A stretch of 64,000 bases of DNA, from the NCBI GenBank assembly GCA_029559035.1, contig JAKQCT010000061.1, positions 94,162 through 158,161 of the forward strand. Direction: 5' to 3'. Origin of the DNA: Acidobacteriota bacterium. GTDB taxonomy: Bacteria; Acidobacteriota; UBA4820. The translations under genes and the position numbers were made by a program. The notes beneath the pieces were generated by a model that saw only the letters and a list, made by a program, of their open reading frames with translations, ran no database searches and had not been told where the DNA came from. This document shows, piece after piece, positions 9,369-19,375 of this stretch. Each line of letters begins with the position of its first letter. Positions within the stretch are counted from its first letter, which is position 1.

Positions 9369-10529
9369 ATGTCGAAATTCGAAGAGGTCGAGCTGATACG
9401 CCTCCTGTCCGCTTCCAGGAACAGCTTCGACAAGCTGGAGCGTAAGCTCGGGAAGTACAGGGAGATCTACGGCGACGCCCTCTACACGAAACTGCTTTTC
9501 CTCATATCCCACCTGGATTTCAAGCCTGCCGTGGCGAAAAAGCATTACGAGGCCATCAGGGAGCACCACCGAAACTGCGAAGAGAAGATGCAGAGGCCGG
9601 TGGACATCCGCGTCGCTATGGCGGACTATTTCGTTTCCAACAAGAAAAAGATCAAGAACCCGATGGTCCTGGAGATCCACCTCTTCAGGCAGGCCCAGCA
9701 GGCCGGCTTCATAGACATGCTCACCTCGCTTTACAACTACTCGTTCCTGAGGGCCGCCCTTCCCCACGAGATGGCGCACTCCAAGCGCTACGCCGACCCC
9801 ATGAGCATAGTTTTCTTCGACCTCGACGATTTCAAGAAGGTCAACGACAAGTACGGCCACGAGATCGGCAACTCCTGCCTGAAGTACGTCGCGCAGGTGA
9901 TCCAGGCCTCCATCAGGGAAATGGACATGGCTTTCCGCTACGGCGGGGAGGAGTTCCTCTGCATCCTTCCAAAGACCGACAAGTTCGGCGCGCTGGCCGT
10001 CGCTGAAAGAATAAGGAAGACGCTCGAAAAAAGCGACCTCTCCTTCCTCGGGCAGAAGGACCTCAAAATATCGTTGAGCGGCGGAGTCTCGTCCTTCCCC
10101 GTCGACGGAGAACAGGGCGACTCACTCGTGAAGTTCGCCGACGAGGCGATGTACCGTGCCAAGAACAAGGGAAAGAACCGGATCGAGCTGTTCTCGCTTG
10201 AGAAGAGGGCTTACGAAAGGTTCGACGACAAGTTCAAGAGCGTGATCACGATAAACGGCAGCGATTACCCCGTAATGGGAAAGAACATCAGCATCGGGGG
10301 CTTTTATTTCGAGGGGAAACACGGAATGCAGTGCCCCGCGAAGGTCCCCTTCCGGATGGAGTTGGAACACCCCCTCTACAAGACCGCCGTCATAAAGGGC
10401 GACGGGAAGGTGACCCGGGTCGAGCCCCAGCCGGGCGGAAAATGCGGGATAGCGGTGACCTTCATGGGAATGAGGGCCGCCGACAGGGACATGCTGAGAA
10501 AGTACATATCGTTCCTTACTGCCAAATGA
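9369..10529 (+). CDS. diguanylate cyclase (GGDEF) with C-terminal PilZ domain
   Basis: GGDEF core RYGGEEFLCILP with upstream DLDDFKKVNDKYGH. C-terminal PilZ motifs RAYER (RxxxR) and NISIGG (D/NxSxxG). Start moved to the ATG at 9369 to avoid overlap with the upstream gene. Confidence 0.8.
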   Translation: MSKFEEVELIRLLSASRNSFDKLERKLGKYREIYGDALYTKLLFLISHLDFKPAVAKKHYEAIREHHRNCEEKMQRPVDIRVAMADYFVSNKKKIKNPMVLEIHLFRQAQQAGFIDMLTSLYNYSFLRAALPHEMAHSKRYADPMSIVFFDLDDFKKVNDKYGHEIGNSCLKYVAQVIQASIREMDMAFRYGGEEFLCILPKTDKFGALAVAERIRKTLEKSDLSFLGQKDLKISLSGGVSSFPVDGEQGDSLVKFADEAMYRAKNKGKNRIELFSLEKRAYERFDDKFKSVITINGSDYPVMGKNISIGGFYFEGKHGMQCPAKVPFRMELEHPLYKTAVIKGDGKVTRVEPQPGGKCGIAVTFMGMRAADRDMLRKYISFLTAK

Positions 10530-10532
10530 TGA

Positions 10533-12845
10533 ATGTTTGAGCTCATTTTCTTTTCCGCCGGGCTCGCCTCGTCTCTGTTCCTGAAGATATTCTTGCCGGC
10601 GCTGGGGATCTCGGTCCCGGCGCTTTTTCTTTTGTTCCCCGGCCCTTCCCGTTCCCGCGCGAAAAAGTCGCTCGTACTGATTATCGTCTTCTCCATCGGC
10701 CTGTCAATCGGGAACTTGAGGACTCGCGAGACCCCGAAGACTCCGCTTTTCGAGAAGGTTGCAGCCGCCCGCGGGGAAGTGCCCTGCTGGATCGAGGGAA
10801 AAGTGATCTCCTCCGAGCCGGACCCGGGAGGGTCGAAGGCGGTCGTGACGACGGATTGCTTCTTCAACGGAAACGAGAGAGTCCCGGACGAAAGCAGGAT
10901 CCAGCTTTACCTTCAGTTCGAACCGCCCCTGCCGGGCTCCCGGTTCAAGGCTTCCGCGATCCTCTTCCTCCCCGGCGAAGCGAGCAATCCCGGCCAGTTC
11001 GATTACAGGAAGAATCTCAGGGACAAGGGCATCCTTCTTTCGGGAAAAGTGAAGGACCGTACTCTTTTCGAGGTTACGGGACGGAACGGGCTGACGCTTC
11101 CCGGCCGGTACAGGGAGATGATCAGGAGGCAGGTCTCCGACTGGGGGGGCGATCAGAGCGGCGTCATCCTCGCCCTGCTCCTGGGGGAAAGAGGGCTGAT
11201 AAGCGAGGAAGCGGGCTCAAGTATGATCAGGTCGGGGCTCTATCACCTCGTCGCGCTCTCCGGGTTCAACATCGGAATGATAATGCTCCTAATCTCGTTC
11301 TTCTTCGTCCTTTTCAGGTCCTCCCCCGCTTCGGCTGATATTTTCGCGATGGCTTTCCTGCCTGTGTACGGCATGCTTGTGGGGCAACAGCCTTCCGTCT
11401 GGAGGGCCATCCTGATGGGGCTCATATTCCTTGCGGGAAGGCTGCTTGCCCGCCCCCACGCCGCGACGAGGGCACTCGTCATCACTTTCGCCGCGCTTCT
11501 GCTTGCCGATCCCCGCGACATAACCGATGTGGGGTTCCAGCTTACCTTCTCGGCGGCTCTGGGGATAATTCTGATGTACAGGCTCTGCCCCTCTCTGTTC
11601 AAAGAAGGCTCTCTGCCGGACTACGGTCTCAAGCTTTTCTGGGTCGGCCTTTCCGCCCAGCTCTTCACGCTCCCCATACTCGCGGTCTATTTCCAGAGGG
11701 TGTCCCCGGCGGGCTTTCTCTGGACGCCGTTCGCTTCCCTGCCGATGTTCCCCCTTTTCGCTTTCGGAATGGTCTATCTCTTCGGGGGCTGTTTCGTCCC
11801 GGGCCTGAACATCTTTCTCGTTTCGCTGATACGGTTCTTCACCGAGCTTTTCCTGATCGTCCCGAAGTGGGCTTCAGGCGTCAGGCTCTCCACGCTTTTC
11901 GTGCCGATGCCGTCGCTTTTCTATTTCCTGGCTTTCGCGGCAGCGCTCATGGTGATAGTTTTCGGAGGCAGGAGGCGCCTCGCCGGAGCTTTCATGATCG
12001 TCCCGGTGATCCTCGCGGCATATTTCTATCCCCATCCTTTCGAAAAAGCTCCCGCGGACTCCATGATCGTCCTCGACGTGGGACAGGGGTCGTGCCAGCT
12101 TCTCCTTTACGACGGGAGAAGCTACATGGTCGATGCTCCGGATACTTCCTACCGCTCCATATCAACGGCGAGGTCGGTGATCGAACCCGCGCTCTCGAGG
12201 CTGCATGTCGACGGCATCGACGGGATATTCATAACCCATTGGGACAGGGACCACGCGGGAGGGATAGGCGAGCTTGCCTCGGACATGCGGATAGGGTTCG
12301 TCGGATACCCGGCAGCCGCGCCGCCGTCCGAAGAGATCGCGGCGATGCTCGGAAAAAGGAAGATACGGACGATCCCCCTGAAGGCAGCCGACAGACTGCC
12401 TCTCGGCAGGGCTGAAATTTCGGTGCTTCATCCTCCTGAAAGTTCCGGAGGAAGCGACAACGACCTCTCCCTGGTCCTCAAGTTCACGATCGGGGACAGG
12501 GGCGTCCTATTCACGGGAGATGTGGAGAGAGAGGGGCTTGAAGAAGCGACGGAGGTTCCCGGACCGCTCTGCGCGGACATTCTCGTCGCCCCGCATCACG
12601 GGGCCAGAAAGACCCTTGATCCCATATTCGCCTCCGCCGTTTCCCCACGCTTCGCCGTCTTTTCCGTCGGGAAGAACAACCGGTTCAACCATCCGCACGC
12701 CCCCGTCCTCGATCTTTACAGGAGGCTGGGATCGAGGACTTTGAGGACGGACCGGGACGGCGCGGTTCTTTTCAGACTGGATGCAAGAGACACAACTCCC
12801 GTGACTTTCGCCTCGCGCGAATGGACGGAGGAACTGTGGCGCTGA
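10533..12845 (+). CDS. comEC: DNA internalisation competence protein ComEC/Rec2 (DUF4131, competence domain, metallo-beta-lactamase)
   Basis: Multi-TM competence domain, C-terminal MBL fold with ITHWDRDHAGG (HxHxDH-type). 770 aa, typical architecture. Confidence 0.85.
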   Translation: MFELIFFSAGLASSLFLKIFLPALGISVPALFLLFPGPSRSRAKKSLVLIIVFSIGLSIGNLRTRETPKTPLFEKVAAARGEVPCWIEGKVISSEPDPGGSKAVVTTDCFFNGNERVPDESRIQLYLQFEPPLPGSRFKASAILFLPGEASNPGQFDYRKNLRDKGILLSGKVKDRTLFEVTGRNGLTLPGRYREMIRRQVSDWGGDQSGVILALLLGERGLISEEAGSSMIRSGLYHLVALSGFNIGMIMLLISFFFVLFRSSPASADIFAMAFLPVYGMLVGQQPSVWRAILMGLIFLAGRLLARPHAATRALVITFAALLLADPRDITDVGFQLTFSAALGIILMYRLCPSLFKEGSLPDYGLKLFWVGLSAQLFTLPILAVYFQRVSPAGFLWTPFASLPMFPLFAFGMVYLFGGCFVPGLNIFLVSLIRFFTELFLIVPKWASGVRLSTLFVPMPSLFYFLAFAAALMVIVFGGRRRLAGAFMIVPVILAAYFYPHPFEKAPADSMIVLDVGQGSCQLLLYDGRSYMVDAPDTSYRSISTARSVIEPALSRLHVDGIDGIFITHWDRDHAGGIGELASDMRIGFVGYPAAAPPSEEIAAMLGKRKIRTIPLKAADRLPLGRAEISVLHPPESSGGSDNDLSLVLKFTIGDRGVLFTGDVEREGLEEATEVPGPLCADILVAPHHGARKTLDPIFASAVSPRFAVFSVGKNNRFNHPHAPVLDLYRRLGSRTLRTDRDGAVLFRLDARDTTPVTFASREWTEELWR

Positions 12846-13501
12846 AGCCGGGAGTTTATAAAACCGCGGTTTTGGAGCAGCGAAGGCTTCTGGCGATGCT
12901 CGAAGAACGGCCGATTTCCAAGCCCGTGCGGTTTGTAGGCGGAGCCGATGTCTCGAGTTCGATGTTCTCAAAGACCGGCTTCGGCGGGATCGTGGTCCTC
13001 GACCTTGAAAACAAAATGAAGCTCGAGGACAGCGCGGTCGTCAAGCGGGAGATCGATTTTCCATACATCCCCGGCCTTCTCGGTTTCAGGGAGGTCCCCG
13101 TCCTCTCGGCGGCTTACGGCCTTCTGAAGATAAAGCCTGACGTTATGATCGTCGACGCTCAGGGTGTCGCCCATCCGCGCGGTTTCGGCGCGGCGGCGCA
13201 CCTCGGGGTCGTCCTCGGAGTCCCGACGATCGGCTGCGCAAAGAGCCGCCTCTGCGGGGAATACGAAGATCCCGGAATGGAAAAAGGCAGCTCGACCCCT
13301 CTCAACCTCGACGGAAAAGAGATAGGCCGGGTCCTCAGGACAAGGACGAATGTTAAGCCTCTTTTCATTTCGAGGGGACACCTAGTGACGCTTCAAGATT
13401 GTCTTACCGTGGTTATGAGCTCTCTAACGAAATACCGTCTTCCCGAACCAATCAGATTAGCCCACCAGCTCGTCAACGAGTTCAGGAGAATAAATACCTG
13501 A
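12821..13501 (+). CDS. nfi: endonuclease V (deoxyinosine 3' endonuclease)
   Basis: FVGGADVS, YIPGLLGFREVP and DAQGVAHPRGFGAAAHLGVVLGVPTIGCAKS motifs characteristic of EndoV. Overlaps the comEC 3' end. Confidence 0.8.
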   Translation: MDGGTVALKPGVYKTAVLEQRRLLAMLEERPISKPVRFVGGADVSSSMFSKTGFGGIVVLDLENKMKLEDSAVVKREIDFPYIPGLLGFREVPVLSAAYGLLKIKPDVMIVDAQGVAHPRGFGAAAHLGVVLGVPTIGCAKSRLCGEYEDPGMEKGSSTPLNLDGKEIGRVLRTRTNVKPLFISRGHLVTLQDCLTVVMSSLTKYRLPEPIRLAHQLVNEFRRINT

Positions 13502-13512
13502 TCAGGTAATTC

Positions 13513-16500
13513 TTATTCGCATACCCCCGAACTGTTGACCATCCTTCCGTTTCCCGCAGGGCCTTCGCCGGAGCCGTTGGTGCCGCTGACGATGTACCAA
13601 TACAACCTGCCTATTTCAGAAGACGGATCGTCGGCGGATAGGTCTATCGATGTTGATGATCCCTCGTATCTCAGGCAGGAATCCGGATCCGCTGTCAGCA
13701 GGTTTGGAAGGCCGCTCTGGATTCCCCGGTAAAGCTTGTAGCCTGTCGCGCCTGTGAGGGAAGGCCAGCTCTGGCTCGTCCCGCTCCATGTCTGCCCGTT
13801 CTCGTACGTGTCGCCCGGCGCGCATTCCGTCAGGACCGCGTCGCATTCGCCCGAACCCACATAATCGCAGTTCATGGTCGTCGGCGGAGTATAGTTGATC
13901 CTGAGGATGGGGCGGTTCCCGCTAGTTCCGTTCTCCTTGGACGCGAAGATGTAGGTCAACGCGGTCTTGTCGTTCTCGACGCTTCCCTTCACTATCAGGC
14001 CGTAATTGTCACTCGTCCCGTCGACCCAATCCTGGACAAGGGAAGCTATGTTCCATATCTTCCAGCCCGTCGATGTTCCGCCCGTGATCGAAGCGTTCGC
14101 CGTGGAAGTGAATGACGGTTGGTTGGTCCAGGTGACCCCGGCCTCGGTCCAGCTCCCTGTGATCTTGTGGACGTTGAGCGTGAGGCCCGTCGTCGGAGCT
14201 GAGCTCGCGTAAAGCTCCAGCGTCGCCGAATTGATCACCGAATTTTCCGGTATCGCGGAAAGGTCGAACATGACAAGCGTCCTCTGCGCCTGGGACAATC
14301 TCGACTGCACAGACATCGTCGCCCCTGAACCGTAGTTCGTCCCGGCTGACCCCTGGTTCACATATGAATCCGCCGTCGACGGCTGAAGAACGAGGTCCGT
14401 CGGCACTCCCGCAGCTATCTGCCCCACCTGTACTAAGAACAGGTTCGTCTCGTCCGCTCCCGCAGGGGTGAGTTCCGTGCATACCTTGCTTCCAAGATTG
14501 AAGTTGATGTTGCCTCCGCAGGGTGTGAAGTCGTCGTCTATGACGAAGCTGTAAGCATATGTTCCAGTCCCGCCGGCGGCGATCGTCCCGAAAGAACCTG
14601 TGGGGTTGCATACAGTTATTCCGTTACCCGAAAAGACTGCAGTAACGTTCGACGCGGGAGTATTGCCCGAGTTAGTAACGGTAACAGGAACCGACCATTT
14701 CTCGCCCCTCTCAAAGTAACTGTCTCCGTCGCCAGTCACTTGCGAGAAAGTGCCGTGGGATTGGTAAATGATGTTCGGAATGCAGGGGGTTATAGTCACA
14801 GAGTGAGAATCGGAAGTACCAGAACAGCTATTGGAGTCTGTCACGGAGACAGTGTAACTGCCTGAAACGGTTGCCTCATATGCGCTTGAAGTTGCGCCCG
14901 AGATCTGAGAACCGTCGAGATTCCATTGGTAGGAGGAGTAGGAGGCGGGAATTGAGAGAGAAACGGAGGAAGAGGGGCAGGTGTTTGAGGTTGAACCGGA
15001 GATGGAGGGTTGAATAAAGGTGCCGGGATAGTAAATACCGCCTAAATGACCATTCCATGAGGATTGACCACCCCAAATAATCATGCTGTCCTCTGTCCAT
15101 ACAGCAGAATGATCATATCTTCCAACAGGAACAGGTGCCAATGTCGATGTTACAACCCATTTATCTTCCAATGGATAATATTTGCCCCCTGAATTTAGAT
15201 TATATCCATATGAACCATCGGATCGAAAGCCACCCCACACAATCATTTCGCTGCCTGTCCATACCACGCTATGCCAATATCTCTCTTCTGGACAGTTTGT
15301 TCCTGTCGATGTCGCGTTCCACGCATCCAAGTGGGGGTTATACCTGCCGCCTGTATTTAAGATGAAAGAAGAAGATCCATCATAAAATAGTCCTCCCCAA
15401 ATAATCATTTCAGAACCTGTCCAAACAGCAGTGTGATCCTTTCTCATGGATGGGAGATTAACACCAGTTGAAGTTGGTTGCCAGGAATCGTTCAAAGGAT
15501 TATACTTGCCTCCATCATTGTAATACTCGTAATTATTGTTACCTCCCCATACTATCATCTCGGTTCCAGACCAAACAGATGTATGATAACTTCGCACCGA
15601 TGGACAATTGACACCAATTGATGTGGAAAGCCAAGAGTTCGTTGATGGATTATATCTGCCGCCATCATTTTTGGGGGTTGGAAGATAGCCGTCCCCACCC
15701 CATATCACCATCTCCGATCCTGTCCAAACAGCAGTGTGACGGAATCTGGAGGCAGGCACGTTAATATCAAGAGAAGTTGAACTCCAAGTATCTGAAATTG
15801 GATTATATTTGCCGCCACAATTAAGATATGCAGAGCCGATATTATGTCCACCCCAGACAATCATTTCTGAGCCAGTCCAGACTGCTGTATGAAGGTGCCT
15901 TGGCATGGGACAATTAGCTCCAGTTGATGTTGAAATCCAGCTATCAGTTGAAGTGTTATACTTCCCTCCAGTATAGAGAGGATAGTAATTATCGGTGTAT
16001 GTAAGTCCACCCCAGACTATCATCTCTGTTCCTGTCCATACTGCGGTATGATCAGTTCGCTTTTCAGGATTATTAATTCTTGATGTTGGGACCCAATCAT
16101 CACTTGAGGGGTTGTAGCGCCCGCCTGTGTTAAGACTTTTACCATATCTATCATGGCCACCCCAAATAATCAACTCAATTCCTGTCCATATTCCTGAAAA
16201 CGACACTCTTGCCTGCGGAACATTTGCACTTTCAGAAGTGGCATTCCATGTGTCATTCGTCGGAATATATATTCCACCTGTATTAGCATAATCATCCTCA
16301 TCTATACCCCCCCATACAATCATCTCTGAACCAGTCCATATTGCAACATGACCCAATCTAGCAGAAGGAGTATTTGAATTCACTGACGTAATCACCCAAG
16401 TGTTGGAAACAGGATTATATCGGCCTCCAGAATTTTGATATCCATCTATATAAGCGTTATCTCCACCCCATATTATCATTTCAGACCCTGTCCATACTGC

Positions 16501-18075
16501 TGAGTGTCGACATCTGACGGATGGAACATTTGCTCCGGTTGAAGTCGATATCCAACCGTTTGTCATTGGATCGTATACCCCCCCTGTGTTGAAATATATG
16601 TATATGCTGCCATCATGATATACTCCTCCCCAGATTATCATCTTGGATCCAGTCCATACTGCTGAGTGCCACATTCTTGCAGATGGGGTTGTTGCCTCTA
16701 CTGAAGTTCCTATCCATTGACCAGTAGCTGGGTCGTATCTTCCTCCATCATTATAATAATATCTATTCGTACCACTACTGCTGTACCCTCCCCAAATTAT
16801 CATTTCACTTCCAGTCCATATAGCACTAGGATGGCTTCTCGCCGAAAGAGGGTTGGAATCTTCTGATATTAATAACCATGAATCTGATGATGGATTGTAT
16901 CGTCCTCCGTTTTTATAGTAGGTTGCGCCATTAAGCCCTCCCCAGACTATCATTTCAAGACCGGTCCATACCGCGGCACTCGATCCTCTTGGCGTAGGGA
17001 CATTAGAACTTGCAGAGATTCCCGTCCAATTATCGGTAGATGGATTATAAAGACCTCCAGTACTCAATGCCGTTAATTCATGATCGTGAAGAATAAAGCC
17101 ACCCCATATGATCATTTCAGTTCCAGTCCAAACCGCACAGTGACATATCCTCTCACAAGGCATATCATCCAAAATCCCGTTGTCCCAGCCCTCAACACAT
17201 CCACTTTCCATTACCGGCGGCAAGTACATTGAAACATTTCCTTCGGTCTTTGGCAGATTTTTTATCACCTCTTGGCCTTTTAACCATTCTTCTGAAGAGA
17301 CTTTCTTGAAGGTCATTCCTTCAACGATTATCTCTCCTTCATTCTTTAAAGCGGTGTGAAGTATCACAAAACAATCATTCTTCTCTATCACCCCGGATAT
17401 CTTCCCTTCTTCGGGTATCTCTTGGAACATCTTTTCGAATTCTTTTTCCGACAACCCTATAGAATGATCTTCAGGATCAAGTCTATCCATTTCCGGTTCG
17501 GAGTTTTTCATCTCCAGCCTGTAAGTCATCTTGCTGTACTTGCCTTCGGGATATGAGCAGAAGTTCTCTGTGGTTAATTTCTTCCGTATTTCTTCTGCTT
17601 TATCTCTCGTCTCCTTGTGGAACCTCTCATCATTCGCGTACCAGTTCCTGACGAGTCTGTCGGCGAGGACGGGCCTGGCGAGGCACTCTGCTATCAGGTA
17701 TGGGTCGTTATTGAGGGCTTCGAAAAGTTCGTTCAGCGTGGCAGGATCCTTGGTCCCTTTCGCCATCCTGTCCATCTCGGCCTGGAGCTGATCGCCGGTT
17801 ATGGGGCGGTACCAGTACTTTTCAAGGGCGGCGGATTTCTTGAGATAGTCCGTGACCTTGTTCTCTATCGTTTCTTTCGAGACCATCGTTTCGAAGGCGG
17901 GCTTCGGGGTCTTGTTCTCCTTCGGCCAGATGCGGTGGTTGTAATATACCTTCTCTATCGCCTCCTGCGCCTTCACCCTCTGCTCGATTGTCAGAGGCTC
18001 GCGCCCGAGAGCCGAAAAAGATGAAAGCATCAGAATTCCGGAAAACACAAAGAGAATAAGATCCCCTCTCTTCAT
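13513..18075 (-). CDS. giant secreted Kelch-repeat beta-propeller protein (~16 blades) with Ig-like region, DNRLRE-like domain and C-terminal FN3-like Cys-bracketed module
   Basis: Signal peptide MKRGDLILFVFSGILMLSSFSALG. About 16 repeats of the form RxxHTAVWTGSEMIVWGG...GGRYNPxTDxW. The C-terminal third has Ig-like segments, then SVQSRLSQAQRTLVMFDLSAIP...ATLELYA...GSWTEAGVTWTNQP (DNRLRE-like, ~13908-14388), then a terminal ~120 aa module shared with the FG-GAP protein. Confidence 0.8.
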   Translation of the reverse strand: MKRGDLILFVFSGILMLSSFSALGREPLTIEQRVKAQEAIEKVYYNHRIWPKENKTPKPAFETMVSKETIENKVTDYLKKSAALEKYWYRPITGDQLQAEMDRMAKGTKDPATLNELFEALNNDPYLIAECLARPVLADRLVRNWYANDERFHKETRDKAEEIRKKLTTENFCSYPEGKYSKMTYRLEMKNSEPEMDRLDPEDHSIGLSEKEFEKMFQEIPEEGKISGVIEKNDCFVILHTALKNEGEIIVEGMTFKKVSSEEWLKGQEVIKNLPKTEGNVSMYLPPVMESGCVEGWDNGILDDMPCERICHCAVWTGTEMIIWGGFILHDHELTALSTGGLYNPSTDNWTGISASSNVPTPRGSSAAVWTGLEMIVWGGLNGATYYKNGGRYNPSSDSWLLISEDSNPLSARSHPSAIWTGSEMIIWGGYSSSGTNRYYYNDGGRYDPATGQWIGTSVEATTPSARMWHSAVWTGSKMIIWGGVYHDGSIYIYFNTGGVYDPMTNGWISTSTGANVPSVRCRHSAVWTGSEMIIWGGDNAYIDGYQNSGGRYNPVSNTWVITSVNSNTPSARLGHVAIWTGSEMIVWGGIDEDDYANTGGIYIPTNDTWNATSESANVPQARVSFSGIWTGIELIIWGGHDRYGKSLNTGGRYNPSSDDWVPTSRINNPEKRTDHTAVWTGTEMIVWGGLTYTDNYYPLYTGGKYNTSTDSWISTSTGANCPMPRHLHTAVWTGSEMIVWGGHNIGSAYLNCGGKYNPISDTWSSTSLDINVPASRFRHTAVWTGSEMVIWGGDGYLPTPKNDGGRYNPSTNSWLSTSIGVNCPSVRSYHTSVWSGTEMIVWGGNNNYEYYNDGGKYNPLNDSWQPTSTGVNLPSMRKDHTAVWTGSEMIIWGGLFYDGSSSFILNTGGRYNPHLDAWNATSTGTNCPEERYWHSVVWTGSEMIVWGGFRSDGSYGYNLNSGGKYYPLEDKWVVTSTLAPVPVGRYDHSAVWTEDSMIIWGGQSSWNGHLGGIYYPGTFIQPSISGSTSNTCPSSSVSLSIPASYSSYQWNLDGSQISGATSSAYEATVSGSYTVSVTDSNSCSGTSDSHSVTITPCIPNIIYQSHGTFSQVTGDGDSYFERGEKWSVPVTVTNSGNTPASNVTAVFSGNGITVCNPTGSFGTIAAGGTGTYAYSFVIDDDFTPCGGNINFNLGSKVCTELTPAGADETNLFLVQVGQIAAGVPTDLVLQPSTADSYVNQGSAGTNYGSGATMSVQSRLSQAQRTLVMFDLSAIPENSVINSATLELYASSAPTTGLTLNVHKITGSWTEAGVTWTNQPSFTSTANASITGGTSTGWKIWNIASLVQDWVDGTSDNYGLIVKGSVENDKTALTYIFASKENGTSGNRPILRINYTPPTTMNCDYVGSGECDAVLTECAPGDTYENGQTWSGTSQSWPSLTGATGYKLYRGIQSGLPNLLTADPDSCLRYEGSSTSIDLSADDPSSEIGRLYWYIVSGTNGSGEGPAGNGRMVNSSGVCE

Positions 18076-18241
18076 CGTCGATCCCCCTGTCCTAGGCTTT
18101 ATTCTAATCCCATCAGCAACTTACTGCAAGGATGAAGACTCGAGAACCGCATCTTTCAATTGTCTTTTATTCGGTCAGGTAGTAAATTCTAATTTACGGG
18201 ATGCGGAAACAGAATTTCCCGGCATCCGAACCGGAGGCATC

Positions 18242-19042
18242 ATGAAAAAGATCCTGTTCATCCTGGCGCTTGCGGCATTGGTTACAGGGGTTATTCCCGG
18301 GGAGTCAAAGTTCCGTGAAAAGCCGGAGTGGAAAAAGTTCTTCGCCGCCGAGGGCGTTCCCGGAACGATCGTGGTGGTCGATGAGAGGAACGGCGACAGG
18401 CTCGTCTGCGATTCGGAGAGGGCAGGGACCAGGTTCCTTCCAGCCTCCACCTTCAAGGTGCCCCACGCGCTCTTCGCCCTCGACGCAGGCGTGGTCTCGG
18501 ACGAATTCCAGCTGTTCAAGTGGGACGGGGTGAAGCGGGAGATGGAAGGGTGGAACCGCGACCAGACATTGAGGTCCTCGATGAGATACTCGGTCGTCTG
18601 GCTCTACCAGGAGTTCGCGAGGAAGCTGGGGCAAGCGAAAGAAAAGGCCTACCTTGAGAAGATCGGATACGGCAACGCCGATCCTTCAGGAGGCGTGGAC
18701 AGGTTCTGGCTGGACGGAGGCCTCAGGATATCAGCCTTCGAACAGGTCGATTTTCTAAGACGCCTGTACAGGAACGAACTGCCTTTCAGGAAGGAGCACC
18801 AGCTCCTGGTGAAGGACATCATGGTGGTCGAGGCCAACAGGAAATACATCCTGCGCGCCAAGACGGGCTGGACGGGCCGCACGGAGAAGCAGATCGGCTG
18901 GTGGATCGGCTGGGTAGAGCTGGACGACGGCCCGGTCTTCTTCGCTCTCAACATCGACATGCCGGGAGGATCCAAGGACACTCCCAAGCGCGAGGCCATT
19001 TCGAGGGCCGTCCTGGGCTCGATCGGCGCTCTGCCGAAATAA
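18242..19042 (+). CDS. class D (OXA-type) beta-lactamase
   Basis: Signal peptide, then all class D motifs in order: S-T-F-K (ASTFKVPHA), S-x-V (YSVVW), Y-G-N (GYGNAD), K-T-G (AKTGWT), W-x-x-G (WWIGWVE). Confidence 0.85.
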   Translation: MKKILFILALAALVTGVIPGESKFREKPEWKKFFAAEGVPGTIVVVDERNGDRLVCDSERAGTRFLPASTFKVPHALFALDAGVVSDEFQLFKWDGVKREMEGWNRDQTLRSSMRYSVVWLYQEFARKLGQAKEKAYLEKIGYGNADPSGGVDRFWLDGGLRISAFEQVDFLRRLYRNELPFRKEHQLLVKDIMVVEANRKYILRAKTGWTGRTEKQIGWWIGWVELDDGPVFFALNIDMPGGSKDTPKREAISRAVLGSIGALPK

Positions 19043-19054
19043 CAAGGAGGTTCG

Positions 19055-19375
19055 ATGGCGAAACACGTGGTGCTTCTCAGGGACAAGAACAAGGGCACTC
19101 TCACTAAAGAGCTTCTGCTGAGGCACATCGGGCACCTAAGGTCCCTCAAGGCGGAAGGGCGTCTCCACCTCTGCGGCCCCTTCAAGGACGACAGCGGAGG
19201 ATTCATTTTGATCGAGGCCGGAAGCGAGAAGGAGGCGATGGACCTGGCTTCGAGGGACCCGTTCATCAGGGAGGGCTACTACCGCTCGCTCGAAGTTCAT
19301 GAACTGATGGAGAGCGGCGAGCACAACAACTGGCTCATGGACGACGACCAGACAAAAGGAAATCTAAAGGATTGA
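19055..19375 (+). CDS. YciI-like (Dabb/YCII family) protein
   Basis: ~100 aa with the conserved His (RHIGHLRSL) and GPF of the YCII family. Confidence 0.55.
   Translation: MAKHVVLLRDKNKGTLTKELLLRHIGHLRSLKAEGRLHLCGPFKDDSGGFILIEAGSEKEAMDLASRDPFIREGYYRSLEVHELMESGEHNNWLMDDDQTKGNLKD

Noticed and set aside
13496-13518. 12-bp palindrome ACCTGATCAGGT between convergent nfi and Kelch genes as a bidirectional terminator
   Set aside because: The stem is short (4-5 bp) with no flanking T or A runs. It is more likely a chance palindrome in a 11-nt gap.
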